DNA of 64,000 nucleotides. Source: Saprospiraceae bacterium. Lineage in GTDB: Bacteria; Bacteroidota; Bacteroidia; Chitinophagales; Saprospiraceae. Positions 54,412 to 64,000 of this stretch are shown here, in pieces. The stretch covers positions 164,670 to 228,669 of the forward strand of contig JAHDGU010000001.1 in the NCBI GenBank assembly GCA_020627535.1, given 5' to 3'. Each line of letters opens with the position of its first letter. Position 1 is the first letter of the stretch. Under the pieces are notes generated by a model that saw only the letters and a program-made list of their open reading frames with translations, was not told the DNA's origin and searched no databases. Made by a program: the position numbers and the translations under genes.

Positions 54412-55431
54412 ATGTATACAGATATACTCATATACGAAGAGAAGCACAAGAAGATCGCACGGGTGATCACTGGAATCATTGGCGTCCTCTTGTTGCTATT
54501 TCTTTTTTTGAGGATGATGAGTTATCCTGACCCTCCACTGGAGCAAGAAGGCGTACTTGTGAGTTTTGGGGAGCCAGACAAGGGTAGCGGTCAATCCATG
54601 CCAGATACGCAGCAAGATGAGCCAGTAGAAGAAACCGGTGCCGAAGAAGAGGAAGCCGAGGCAGAAGCTGTCGAAGAGGTCGTCGAAGAAGTGCCAGAAG
54701 AGACAGTAGAAGAAGTCGTTGAGGAAACTGTGGATGCCTCTCCTCCAGAAGAATCAACGCCTACAGAAAGCTCTGAAAAAGAAGTCGTGACCCAAGAAGA
54801 TCCGGCTGAGGTCGCTATGAAAAAAGCAGAGGAGGAAGCCAAGAAGCGAGCACAAGAACAAGCCGAGAAAGAAGCACGAGAAGAAGCAGAACGTGAGGCA
54901 AGAGAAGAGGCTGAGAAAAAAGCAGCCGAGGAAGCCAAGCGGAAAGCGGAGGCCGAAGCCAAGCGAAAGGCAGAAGAGGAGGCCAAGCGTAAAGCCGAAC
55001 AAGAGGCAAAGGAAAAAGCAGAGTACGATGCCAAAAAGAAGCAGTACGGAGATCTCTTTGGCGATGGTAAAGGCGAGACAGACACAGATGGTAATCAAGG
55101 AGACCCTAATGGAGATCCCAATAGCGATATCCTAGAAGGAATCAGCACTGGAAGTGGTAAAGTCGGTGGTGGGCTCTCTGACCGAGGACTCAAATATGAG
55201 CCAGAAGTCAGCGACAATACGCAGAAAACCGGTAAAGTTGTCATGAAAGTCTGTGTAGGTGCCAATGGCAAGGTGATCCCTTCAAGTGTGCAGTACACCC
55301 AGCGTGGTAGCACCACAACAGATTCTCACCTCATCGAGCTGGCCAGAAAGAACGCTCTCAAGTTTGAGTTTGATGGCAGCACGATTGACAAGCAGTGCGG
55401 GACAATTACCTTTGATTTCAAGGTGCAGTAG
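54412..55431 (+). CDS. TonB-like energy transducer with a long Glu/Lys/Ala-rich spacer
   Basis: N-terminal TM VITGIIGVLLLLFLFL. About 150 aa of spacer (EEAKRKAEAEAKRKAEEEAKRKAEQEAKEKAE). The C-terminal approximately 80 aa is a TonB_C-like beta domain (GKVVMKVCVGANGKV...GTITFDFKV). Follows exbB-exbD. Confidence 0.7.
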   Translation: MYTDILIYEEKHKKIARVITGIIGVLLLLFLFLRMMSYPDPPLEQEGVLVSFGEPDKGSGQSMPDTQQDEPVEETGAEEEEAEAEAVEEVVEEVPEETVEEVVEETVDASPPEESTPTESSEKEVVTQEDPAEVAMKKAEEEAKKRAQEQAEKEAREEAEREAREEAEKKAAEEAKRKAEAEAKRKAEEEAKRKAEQEAKEKAEYDAKKKQYGDLFGDGKGETDTDGNQGDPNGDPNSDILEGISTGSGKVGGGLSDRGLKYEPEVSDNTQKTGKVVMKVCVGANGKVIPSSVQYTQRGSTTTDSHLIELARKNALKFEFDGSTIDKQCGTITFDFKVQ

Positions 55432-55440
55432 CGATAGGCG

Positions 55441-56736
55441 ATGAGTGCTTTGCAGCGCGAGTATCAAGAGACCATTGATTACCTTTTTAACACGATTCCT
55501 GCTTTTTTCAGAGCTGGAAAGACTGCCGTCAAAAAGGATCTCAGGAATATCAGACTCCTTTGTGATCGTCTAGGCGACCCACAGTCAGATCTTAAGTGCA
55601 TTCATATTGCTGGTACCAATGGAAAGGGCTCCGTGAGCCATATTCTAGCTAGTCTTTATCAAGCCTCAGGGCTCAAAGTAGGGCTCTACACCTCACCGCA
55701 TTATGTAGACTTCAGGGAGCGCATCAAGATCAATGGTGAGTGCTGTGATCAGCAATTTGTGATCGATTTTGTGTCTGCACATCGTGATCTTTTTGAGGAA
55801 ATCATTCCGTCATTTTTTGAAGTGACCGTGGCCATGGCCTTTCAGTATTTTAAAGAGCAATCAGTAGATCTTGCGATCATCGAAACAGGGCTAGGTGGAC
55901 GACTAGATAGCACCAATATCATTGAGAGTCAACAACAGATCATTACCACCATCGGCTTCGATCATATGGATTTTCTAGGAAACACGCTAGAGGAGATCGC
56001 TGGTGAAAAGGCGGGCATCATCAAGACAGGTGGATCAGTGGTCATAGGGGAAACTATCGTGGATAGTGCTCGAGAAGTCATTTTGGCGAAAGCCTCTGAG
56101 AAGAGAGCCGTGGTGGAAGCCACAGAGAGTGTGGTAGATGTGACGCTGAGTGATGCGGGGGAAATCCAGATCTCGACAGGAGGAGTAAGCTGCACTTGCC
56201 CATGTGACCTCTCAGCGAGCTACCAAGCTGATAATTTGAAGACAGCATTGGCAGCCTACATGATAGCCAATGAACCTTGGGAGGAGTCTGTCCTGGTGAG
56301 TATCTTGAGGCGTGGTCTGGCTGACATATCTCGTCGCACAGGCATGATCGGACGCTGGCAGCAGATACAAGATTCTCCTGTGGTGATTGTCGATGGCGCT
56401 CACAACGAACAGGCTTTTGAGCATCTAGTCAAGGAGATCGAGCGCAGAGGCCCCGACCACTGTATCGTCCTCCTCGGCTTCAGTGCCGACAAGGATGTGC
56501 AAGCACTGATTGATATGCTGCCAGCCGTCAAGCGTAAATTATTCACCTCAGCAGCAATGAGTCGTGCCATGAGCAAGGAACAATTTCAGGAGATTTCTGG
56601 CTCAGGAGACTTTGAGATGATAGAGAATTCTTCTCTTGCCTTATCTCAGGCAATTGCTTTAGCCGATGAGGATGATGTTGTTATCTGTAGTGGCAGCATT
56701 TATCTCGTGGGAGAGCTGCTGGCTAGTAGAGTATGA
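55441..56736 (+). CDS. folC: Bifunctional folylpolyglutamate synthase / dihydrofolate synthase
   Basis: HIAGTNGKGS P-loop, Mur-ligase fold, ETGLGGRLDSTN. Confidence 0.92.
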   Translation: MSALQREYQETIDYLFNTIPAFFRAGKTAVKKDLRNIRLLCDRLGDPQSDLKCIHIAGTNGKGSVSHILASLYQASGLKVGLYTSPHYVDFRERIKINGECCDQQFVIDFVSAHRDLFEEIIPSFFEVTVAMAFQYFKEQSVDLAIIETGLGGRLDSTNIIESQQQIITTIGFDHMDFLGNTLEEIAGEKAGIIKTGGSVVIGETIVDSAREVILAKASEKRAVVEATESVVDVTLSDAGEIQISTGGVSCTCPCDLSASYQADNLKTALAAYMIANEPWEESVLVSILRRGLADISRRTGMIGRWQQIQDSPVVIVDGAHNEQAFEHLVKEIERRGPDHCIVLLGFSADKDVQALIDMLPAVKRKLFTSAAMSRAMSKEQFQEISGSGDFEMIENSSLALSQAIALADEDDVVICSGSIYLVGELLASRV

Positions 56737-59458
56737 GCGGAAACTGCTGTCGCGTTTCGCCGTCCAGTAATTCAAGAATGTAGTATCCCGAAGGCAAATG
56801 CGCAAGATCTTTCGTAGTCCTGAACATTCTACCTATCTCTGACATCTCTGTCCATCTTTCAAGGCTTCTTCCTTGAAGATCCCAGATTGTCAGTTGCACC
56901 AACTCACTCTTGGCATCAGGATACCGAATTTGAATATACCCTTGTGTTGGATTTGGAAAGGCCGTTAGTCGTTCAAAATTGGGAAATTCCTCTGTATAGA
57001 CTACGTTACTGACCAGGTGCATTCGATCCTCAGCGATACCCTTGATGAAGTAGAAGCTCTCTCCAAAAAGTGGCTTATTGTCTCTGGCGGTTCCTTCGCT
57101 ACCAGAGAATCCATCCAGCGCATCATAGAATTTGAAAGGCTCATCTTTAGGTGCTCTCCAGAGCTCAACCTGAGTGATTCCTACACTAGATCCGATGAGC
57201 TCAAATGGCAGATCAATGTAGGTGTTCTTAACGTCAGCGCTCAGAACGAGACTTCGATCTTCATCGAGCAAGCAATTTGGGTAAATCTCCACTTCATCTA
57301 TGGTAGACAGACCTTGTGGATCTGTCACAGTCAATCTGATGCGATACCAAAATGTCTCGAGATTACAAGGCGTAGGTAAAAGGTCGGCCACTGGTGACGT
57401 CGCTCGGATGACCGGTTCCTCATGAAAGTGAGTATTGTGATGAAAAAAGACTTGCCACTCGTATGTCAGTTCGTCTTCGAGGCTTTGAGCATCTGATACC
57501 TCTGCTCTCAGCTTGTAGAAATGGTCATCATCCTGGTCATAGATGTCTCCGTCGAGAGGAGCGGTAATCCTGACTTGTGGAGGCGAGTTGTCAAGGTGGA
57601 TAGTCGCTGTTGCCGTATCTGAGCGATCAGCACTGTCAGTGACGACCAACTGCACATCTTGTGTCGATGGGCCGTTTGCTGCACTAGTGAAGGTCCTCTG
57701 GAGCGATACCTCGGTCGATCCGCTTCCATCTGGAAGTAGCCACTCATAAGTCAATGGGAGATCTAGAGGATGAGAGCTGCCACTAGCATCAAGATCGATG
57801 GTCAGTGGGCTTTCGCCAAAATGAGTTGAGAGCTTGATCTCTGCTCTTGGAGGCTGATCTGTGCCAAAAGAGATGCGCACGATCGTGTCTTGATAAACCC
57901 TTGTATAGTAAATGTCTTCGGTGATGGGATTGATATTGACCGTGACGACATCTGGCGTAGAAGTGGCGAAGCTGTCAATCTTTGTCACGCGGAATATCTC
58001 ATCCTCTTCTTCAATCACGACTGAGTGGATAAAGCCGTAGAAGTCCGAGAAGATCACGCGCCCTTGATACTCCTCTGGGAGCTTGCTGCCCTGATAGACG
58101 AAGCTAGGGATGCAAGAGAAGCCTGCCATGGTAAAGCCATCAATGATCGCCTCTTCATCCTCGAGATTATAACTGATATCATTGCCATTATCATCGAAAG
58201 AGCCTGCAATGGTTCTCGGCGGATTATTCCAGTTGATATTGGCATAGTTGAACTGAGGTCTAGTATGGATGTGCTTGTACTCCTCTGATATCTCGATTTC
58301 TGGATTGCATTGGTTGGGGAATGCTCTAGGCGAAAAGAGCTTGGGTTGGCGGACGAGTTCATCATAGCTATGAAGGCGCTGTGTACAGGAGGCTCCGTCA
58401 TAGAGTGGGTTGGGCGCAAGGTAATTGGTCGTATCTAGCGAACGGAATGTCCAGCTGAATCCTTGGCCTTCATATTTGGGCCAGCCGAGATTTTCTCCCG
58501 GGCCATGGATGATATTGAATTCTTCATACTGCCAGCTTCCTACATCTCCCATGATGAGAGTACCAGGGCGACCGGCATCGGGATTTGTAGATCCAGTGTT
58601 CGGGATCTTGATGAACTTAAAGGGATTGCGCATGCCCATCGCATACACCTTTGATCTCCATGAGTCTGGCTTTTCTGCGTCATACCAGGGATTGCTAGGA
58701 ATACCCAAGCCAGTTTCTGGATCAAAGCGTAGGATCTTTCCGCTGGGCGAGTCAATATTTTGAGCGCGCCAAGCACCGACATTGAGCTCAGGTTTGAGGA
58801 TGCCATCATCGATTGCCTGCGCATACCAAGTCTCTGGTGAAGAGCCCACATCGCCTGACTGGAAGCTGGCAGCATCTCCTACAGAGAGAAGGAGAGTGCC
58901 ATCAGTCCCAAATACTAGGCTACCCATGCCATGGGATATCATCAGGATGGGGATTTGATCTGTGATCTCTTTACCGAGGATGATTTTGCGACTATTGGGG
59001 ACAAGTGTGCTGAAGTTGGTGGTAGGATCGAGTGTGTATCGTGTGACTCTGCCGATCGTAGCTTCACTGTTTTGATTCACTTCTGGGTCATATTCAGCCG
59101 TACCGAAGTAGAGCAAGTGGTGGCGATCAACGACATAGGCTAGATAGATATCTCCACTTGTCTCAAAGTCTGGAGCAAGGGCCAAACTTGTAAGACCGTG
59201 ATCAGCATAGGCAGCGACCTCTTCCGATATATCCAGGACCGGCTCGGATGTGATCTTTCCATTGAGAGTCATGATGTAGACCTTTCCATCTTTGGAAAAG
59301 ACATAGCCTTGACCATTATGGTCAAATTCGATTCCCAGAGGATTGGAAACCTCATGTTCTATTACCTCATGAAAAAAGCCTTCCGGCAACTCTGGACTTT
59401 GTGACCAAAGACCCCAAGATGAAATGAATAGCGTAGCAATCAGCACATATCGAGACAT
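56723..59458 (-). CDS. Secreted PQQ-dependent sugar (glucose/sorbosone) dehydrogenase-like beta-propeller with PKD-like domain(s) and a T9SS type-A sorting domain
   Basis: Signal peptide MSRYVLIATLFISSWGLWSQ from 59458. GSDH-type motifs (GLTSLALAPDF, MGMRNPFKF). PKD-like LDASGSSHPLDLPLTYEWLLPDGS. C-terminal FPNPTQGYIQIRY...GYYILELLDG. Confidence 0.7.
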   Translation of the reverse strand: MSRYVLIATLFISSWGLWSQSPELPEGFFHEVIEHEVSNPLGIEFDHNGQGYVFSKDGKVYIMTLNGKITSEPVLDISEEVAAYADHGLTSLALAPDFETSGDIYLAYVVDRHHLLYFGTAEYDPEVNQNSEATIGRVTRYTLDPTTNFSTLVPNSRKIILGKEITDQIPILMISHGMGSLVFGTDGTLLLSVGDAASFQSGDVGSSPETWYAQAIDDGILKPELNVGAWRAQNIDSPSGKILRFDPETGLGIPSNPWYDAEKPDSWRSKVYAMGMRNPFKFIKIPNTGSTNPDAGRPGTLIMGDVGSWQYEEFNIIHGPGENLGWPKYEGQGFSWTFRSLDTTNYLAPNPLYDGASCTQRLHSYDELVRQPKLFSPRAFPNQCNPEIEISEEYKHIHTRPQFNYANINWNNPPRTIAGSFDDNGNDISYNLEDEEAIIDGFTMAGFSCIPSFVYQGSKLPEEYQGRVIFSDFYGFIHSVVIEEEDEIFRVTKIDSFATSTPDVVTVNINPITEDIYYTRVYQDTIVRISFGTDQPPRAEIKLSTHFGESPLTIDLDASGSSHPLDLPLTYEWLLPDGSGSTEVSLQRTFTSAANGPSTQDVQLVVTDSADRSDTATATIHLDNSPPQVRITAPLDGDIYDQDDDHFYKLRAEVSDAQSLEDELTYEWQVFFHHNTHFHEEPVIRATSPVADLLPTPCNLETFWYRIRLTVTDPQGLSTIDEVEIYPNCLLDEDRSLVLSADVKNTYIDLPFELIGSSVGITQVELWRAPKDEPFKFYDALDGFSGSEGTARDNKPLFGESFYFIKGIAEDRMHLVSNVVYTEEFPNFERLTAFPNPTQGYIQIRYPDAKSELVQLTIWDLQGRSLERWTEMSEIGRMFRTTKDLAHLPSGYYILELLDGETRQQFPLILY

Positions 59459-59468
59459 GGACTCAAAG

Positions 59469-60410
59469 CTAAGGAGTATCCACATCTTGAGCTACTTCTT
59501 CTGCTTCCATCAGGCGATAAGTGTCTTGGTTGACAATGATGCTGGTATTGAGCTCAAAGCCGATCAGGAGTATCAAGGAATTGAGCTGAAACCACACCAT
59601 GATCAAGACCAGAGATCCGATCGACCCGTAGATCTTATTCCATGCCCCAAATTGATTGGCTATGTAGCTCAGAATCAAAGTGCACAGTATCGACAGTATT
59701 GTGGCGAGTATCGTCCCTGGACTGAAGAAACTCACCTTGCGACGGAAAGATGGCCCCAATTTATAGATGACACTGATGATGCTGTAGAAGAGAAAGAGAA
59801 TGGCCATCCACTTGACCACTGTCAGCATATTCACAGCAAATCGAGAAAGATTGAGCAAGTCAAGGGCAGCCAGTGTCAGTCGATTGCCAAGGAGAATAAG
59901 TATGACGCTGGTTGCACCTAGCAAGAAAAGAAAGAAGGTCAAGAGTATAGCAATACCGCGCTTCTTAAGACCTGATCGACGCTTGAATGAGATCTTGTAC
60001 TCCTTGTTGAAGCCTCGCATCATATTGATCATTCCATTGCTGCTGAAAAATAGTGCCGCCAAAAAACCTATGCTCAGGAGACCACCTCTTTTGATATTAT
60101 TGAGTTCACTGACGAGGTCAGTAATGAATATTTCAAACTCATCAGGGAAAAACTCTAGAAGCTTAAATTCCAAAAAGCTCTCGGCGCTACTATACGGGAT
60201 ATACGTAATCAGAGTGATCCCCACGATGATCAGCGGAAACAGAGAAATGAAAAAACTGAAAGCCATCGAGTTAGCCCTCATCATGACATTGTCCTTTTTG
60301 ATCTCTTGCCAGATGAAGCTCATGACCTCGTAGATGCTTAAGCCTTTGAAGCCAGCAAAACTCCTTGACTTACTCCATTGGATGAGGGCGGATCTGAGAC
60401 TGGATATCAT
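59469..60410 (-). CDS. YihY/BrkB-family membrane protein
   Basis: Six TM helices. N-terminal WQEIKKDNVMMRANSMAFSFFISLFPL is typical of the family. Confidence 0.8.
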   Translation of the reverse strand: MISSLRSALIQWSKSRSFAGFKGLSIYEVMSFIWQEIKKDNVMMRANSMAFSFFISLFPLIIVGITLITYIPYSSAESFLEFKLLEFFPDEFEIFITDLVSELNNIKRGGLLSIGFLAALFFSSNGMINMMRGFNKEYKISFKRRSGLKKRGIAILLTFFLFLLGATSVILILLGNRLTLAALDLLNLSRFAVNMLTVVKWMAILFLFYSIISVIYKLGPSFRRKVSFFSPGTILATILSILCTLILSYIANQFGAWNKIYGSIGSLVLIMVWFQLNSLILLIGFELNTSIIVNQDTYRLMEAEEVAQDVDTP

Positions 60411-60413
60411 GGT

Positions 60414-60839
60414 CTAAGGCGTGAAGTGCCTTCCGATTTTATCGATCACAGCTTGAGGAAGAGTGGTTTTTTTGCGCGAAAGCGCTTCGACATAGCATAG
60501 CCTGACCTTGGCTACACTCAGGAGTTTGTCTGCTTCATTTGTGATTTCAGATCTTACTGAGACCTTCTCATGATCAAATTGTCTGAAGCTAGTCTCGATG
60601 GTCAGTAACTCGTCATATTTGGCTGGGCGGAGATATCGACACTCAAAGTTGAGTACTGGCATGAGGATATCATACTCTTCCTCAAGCTGCCGATAGGAGA
60701 GTCCTACTTCGCGTAATGCCTCTACACGCGCTACTTCGCAGTAGCTGGCATAGTTGCCGTAGTAGACATAGCCCATCTTGTCGGTCTCTGAGTAGCGGAC
60801 CCTGATCTGGGTCTTGAAGCTATTTCGTATTGCTGTCAC
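60414..60839 (-). CDS. YbgC/4HBT-type acyl-CoA thioesterase
   Basis: RVRYSETDKMGYVYYGNYASYCEVARVEALR hot-dog fold signature; 141 aa. Confidence 0.85.
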   Translation of the reverse strand: MTAIRNSFKTQIRVRYSETDKMGYVYYGNYASYCEVARVEALREVGLSYRQLEEEYDILMPVLNFECRYLRPAKYDELLTIETSFRQFDHEKVSVRSEITNEADKLLSVAKVRLCYVEALSRKKTTLPQAVIDKIGRHFTP

Positions 60840-60905
60840 AATGCTCTATCTTGGGTACAAAGATCAGTACCTTCTGGAACCACCAAGGATGTTTTGATGT
60901 AAGAT

Positions 60906-60913
60906 TAATTTTG
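60906..60913 (+). promoter_or_regulatory. Candidate -7 promoter box TAATTTTG for the 60931-64000 operon
   Basis: Exact TAnnTTTG, 17 nt upstream of the ATG at 60931. Confidence 0.4.
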
Positions 60914-60930
60914 TAGTCGAATCTACACAG

Positions 60931-61620
60931 ATGTCAGGCATACTCAATAAGATGAAAGGTCTCTTTGTCACAGAGACCGGGGGAACCACTTCAAAAAGCA
61001 AATCGACCAAGGACGAAGCTAAGCCTGAAGAGGAAGTTGAACAAGTATCTCCACAGTCACGCCCATCAGAGGTCACACTAGAGATTGCCGATGTAGAAGG
61101 GCAAGTTGATGACAAGTTTCTTGAAATCTTGCTCAATGCGATGAATGAGGCCAATACCCCGGGTTTTGACTACCTCGAGTATAAGAGATCTCTTGTGAGC
61201 TTGCGCGAAATGAACATGGATGAGCCCACTCGCTATAAGGCGGCCTATGCAACAGCAGAAGCGATGGGGGCCAACCCCGCAGCACTACAAAACAGTGCAA
61301 AGTACTATCTCGATATACTCGGCAAAGAAGATGCGAAGTTTCTGGACGCACTCAAGGCTCAGTCGGTAAAGCGGCTATCTGGTGCTCAGGAGGCCATACA
61401 AGATCTTGAATCTGGAATTCAAGATAAGATCTCTCAGATCGAAAGACTCTCTCAGGAGATCGAAGAGGCAAAATCTGAGCTTTCGCTCAAAAAACAAGAG
61501 CTAGAAGCCAGTCAAGAAAAGCTTGGAAGAACCAAAGCAAACTTTGAAGCCTCCTACTCAAATCTCAGAGATCAGATTGCAAGTGATCTCCAAAACATAT
61601 CAAAATACCTCGCCGGCTAA
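60931..61620 (+). CDS. Hypothetical coiled-coil protein with an N-terminal amphipathic helix
   Basis: MSGILNKMKGLF, an acidic/Ser-rich linker, a helical domain (GFDYLEYKRSL...RYKAAYATAEAMG), and a C-terminal heptad coiled coil (IQDKISQIERLSQEIEEAKSELSLKKQELEASQEKL). No family recognised. Confidence 0.6.
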   Translation: MSGILNKMKGLFVTETGGTTSKSKSTKDEAKPEEEVEQVSPQSRPSEVTLEIADVEGQVDDKFLEILLNAMNEANTPGFDYLEYKRSLVSLREMNMDEPTRYKAAYATAEAMGANPAALQNSAKYYLDILGKEDAKFLDALKAQSVKRLSGAQEAIQDLESGIQDKISQIERLSQEIEEAKSELSLKKQELEASQEKLGRTKANFEASYSNLRDQIASDLQNISKYLAG

Positions 61621-61625
61621 GGAAT

Positions 61626-62648
61626 ATGGCAGAACAAAAACCTAAGACATTTTGGCGAAAGCCTGAAGGAAAACTGGGAGCTATAGTCCTCGCAGGTCTG
61701 ATCATCGGCGCAGGTGCGATTATCACAGCAAGCCTATCGGCCATAGCTAGTTTCGTAGCGACTACGCTGGGACTAGCGCTAAGTCTGCTTGCTCTCGGTG
61801 TGATCATTTTTGTAGCACTTGATAGCAAGGCACGCAGCCTCATCAGCTATATGTACAAGAGTGTGATGCGATGGATTACTGGACTATTTATCGAGATGGA
61901 TCCTATCGCAATTCTCAGAGGCTATGTCTCTGACCTCAAGGCCAATCTGCGAAAGATGAATCGCCAGGTGACGCAGCTCCGCGGCCAGATGCACAAGCTC
62001 AAAGAGCTGATACTCAACAATCAGAAGCAAATCCAATCCAATCTAGAGCTCGCTTCACAAGCAAAGGACACCAACCAACAGAAGGTCATGATCCTCAAGT
62101 CTAGAAAGGCAGGACGACTCAAAGAGTCGAACATGCGCCTTGAAGATCTCTACAAGAGGATGGAGGTGCTCTACAGAGTGCTCTTCAAAATGTATGAGAA
62201 CTCGGAGATCATGATGGAGGACATCAAGGATCAAGTTGAGGTCAAAGAGCAAGAGCGAAAGGCCATCAGAGCATCACATGGCGCTATGAAGTCAGCGATG
62301 AATATCATCAACGGCAATCAAGACAAGCGCTACATGTTTGATATGGCTCTCGAGGCTATCGCCGATGATGTCAGTCAGAAAGTGGGGGAGATGGAGCGCT
62401 TCATGGATATGAGTGAGGGCTTCATGAATAGCATTGATTTGCAGAATGGTGTCTTTGAAGAAGAAGGCCTGAAGATGCTCGAGAAATGGGAAAAAGAGGG
62501 GACGTCACTCCTGCTCGGAGAAAGCAAAGAGACTCTCTTGCTACAAGCCAATGACGACAGCGACGTCCTTGATCTTGACTCACCTATCGCCAAGCCTGAG
62601 CCCGTCAAAGCACGCGGTGGCAACCAGTACGACACATTTTTTGAATAA
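61626..62648 (+). CDS. Membrane-anchored PspA/IM30-like (ESCRT-III-superfamily-like) helical protein
   Basis: A two-TM hairpin (LGAIVLAGLIIGAGAIITASL...LGLALSLLALGVIIFVAL), then about 250 aa of all-helical sequence starting FIEMDPIAILRGYVSDLKANLRKMNRQVTQLRGQMHKLKE...ASQAKDTNQQKVMILKSRK. This has the layout of the PspA helical hairpin. The assignment is by pattern only. Confidence 0.5.
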   Translation: MAEQKPKTFWRKPEGKLGAIVLAGLIIGAGAIITASLSAIASFVATTLGLALSLLALGVIIFVALDSKARSLISYMYKSVMRWITGLFIEMDPIAILRGYVSDLKANLRKMNRQVTQLRGQMHKLKELILNNQKQIQSNLELASQAKDTNQQKVMILKSRKAGRLKESNMRLEDLYKRMEVLYRVLFKMYENSEIMMEDIKDQVEVKEQERKAIRASHGAMKSAMNIINGNQDKRYMFDMALEAIADDVSQKVGEMERFMDMSEGFMNSIDLQNGVFEEEGLKMLEKWEKEGTSLLLGESKETLLLQANDDSDVLDLDSPIAKPEPVKARGGNQYDTFFE

Positions 62649-62667
62649 GCAAGCATAGCATAAACAA

Positions 62668-64000
62668 ATGGCACGTAGACTCACGACATTCTCCAAACTC
62701 TTGATCACACTTTTGATCTTGGCGCTGATCTTCTTCGGTGGTAGATTTCTCTTGCAGAAGACAGGGCTAGGAGATAGCATCCTCAAAGGCGAACAAACAG
62801 AACAGAGTTCTGGCACATCAAACTCACAAAATGGGAGTAGTTCCGCGACGGGAACCCAAGATAAGAAGGGTGGCGGACTATTCGGAAAGTCGGACAAGGA
62901 AAGTAGCAGCCAGGCTGATGGCAATGCGGTAGGAAGTGACGATACAGACGCTATTGATGTGCATGTTGTAACATGGGGCGGGTTTGCTCCGGGTATCTAC
63001 TTCAATGAAGGTCTCAAGCACAGCGAGTATTCACGCTATTGGAAAGAATATGGTCTCAAGGTCAATTTCGTCTTGATGGATGACATGGTCTCCTCTTGGC
63101 AGGCTTGGAAAGGAGATCAACTCGATATGAGGGCCAATACATTTGATGGGATGCTCCTCGAGTATGAAGGTATGACCAAGGATGAGCCAGTGGTGGTGCT
63201 ACAAACTGACTGGTCACGTGGTGGAGATGTCTTGATAGGGCAACGGGGTATCAATAGTATCAATGATCTGAAAGGTAAGAGAGTGGTACTCACACCGATG
63301 ACGCCTTCTCAGACTTTTTTGATGATGGCGCTAGATGCGGCAGGGATGAGCTTGGATGATATCACAATCATCGAATCTGTAGATAATCCCACAGCAGCGA
63401 CTATCTTCAAAGCCGGAGAGGCGGATGCAGCTGTCGTATGGAGTCCTACACACTTTGAGATCATGGAGACAATGCCTGGTTCCCAAGTGATCCAGTCGAC
63501 CAATGATGCGGCCTACGCCTTGGCGGGTATTCTCTACGCGAAGAAAGACTACGTCGACGCCAATCAGGACAAGGTGCAGAAGTTCTATGAAGGCTGGATG
63601 AAAGCGTCAGCCGAACTCCGCAATGAAGCTAACAAAGAAAAAGCCGCGAAGATCCTAGGTGAGGCCTTTAACCTACCCGTCGAGGCGACAATGGGGATGA
63701 TGTTTGACGCCTACCATGCGACACATGGTGACAATAAGAGCTTCTTTGGCCTGCGCAATGATGGAGCCTTCAGTGGACAAGCACTCTATGACAATGTCAA
63801 TCGACTTTTCACCAAGCAAGGGATCATCAATGAGGCTCTTCCGTCCTACAGAAGTATATTGGCGAGCAGCTCAGTGAGTCGGACCTCGCTCACTGGTGCC
63901 TCTCATGATGGAGAGAAGTCGAAGAAGTTTACAGCGGCCACTACAGAGCAAAAGAAGGCCAAGGCCATGAGTACGAAGCCAGTCTCCATCAATTTCGCGA
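62668..64000 (+). CDS. Membrane-anchored NMT1/SsuA/NrtA-type solute-binding protein; 3' end beyond the window
   Basis: Not in the track (no stop in the window). From the ATG at 62668 it reads MARRLTTFSKLLITLLILALIFFGG (TM anchor), a Ser/Gly/Gln-rich linker, then VVTWGGFAPGIY...DLKGKRVVLTPMTPSQTFLMMALDAAGMSLDDI...GEADAAVVWSPT... typical of the nitrate/sulfonate/bicarbonate binding fold. The frame is open to the window end (444 codons). Confidence 0.75.
   Translation, partial: MARRLTTFSKLLITLLILALIFFGGRFLLQKTGLGDSILKGEQTEQSSGTSNSQNGSSSATGTQDKKGGGLFGKSDKESSSQADGNAVGSDDTDAIDVHVVTWGGFAPGIYFNEGLKHSEYSRYWKEYGLKVNFVLMDDMVSSWQAWKGDQLDMRANTFDGMLLEYEGMTKDEPVVVLQTDWSRGGDVLIGQRGINSINDLKGKRVVLTPMTPSQTFLMMALDAAGMSLDDITIIESVDNPTAATIFKAGEADAAVVWSPTHFEIMETMPGSQVIQSTNDAAYALAGILYAKKDYVDANQDKVQKFYEGWMKASAELRNEANKEKAAKILGEAFNLPVEATMGMMFDAYHATHGDNKSFFGLRNDGAFSGQALYDNVNRLFTKQGIINEALPSYRSILASSSVSRTSLTGASHDGEKSKKFTAATTEQKKAKAMSTKPVSINFA

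Overview
This 64-kb chromosomal segment reads as Bacteroidota. Evidence: several type-A T9SS C-terminal sorting domains, TAnnTTTG -7 boxes 17-21 nt upstream of start codons, a miaB / sigma-54 activator / lptE / secG / groES-groEL block, and ExbB-ExbD-TonB. I count about 57 protein genes and one frameshifted gene. I found no rRNA, tRNA, CRISPR array, transposase or integrase. Two long ORFs run off the window edges (<1..3530 minus strand; 62668..>64000 plus strand) and are missing from the supplied ORF track. Several track ORFs start at upstream TTG/GTG codons, and I trimmed them to more plausible starts. The left third (1-22.6 kb) looks accessory: a giant beta-helix protein, an M36 protease, a GH9 enzyme, a tail-fibre-like protein, two paralogous HisKA_3/LuxR two-component pairs and a LuxR solo. 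The rest is mostly housekeeping. Main observations: (1) a short word made of a T-run, a 3-4 bp GC stem and a GNRA loop (core GCGAAAGC) occurs about 22 times, mostly inside unrelated genes, on both strands and in different frames, with compensatory stem variants; (2) degenerate heptanucleotide tandem arrays sit in five intergenic gaps, all in the accessory third; (3) a three-gene operon at the right edge encodes a coiled-coil protein, a membrane-anchored PspA/IM30-like protein and a membrane-anchored NrtA/SsuA-like binding protein; (4) a palindromic box lies upstream of the response regulator, the LuxR solo and the beta-helix gene; (5) one protein fuses an HD phosphohydrolase to a Pycsar-effector-like transmembrane domain. 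No database search or computation was possible. All family calls come from motif recognition by eye.
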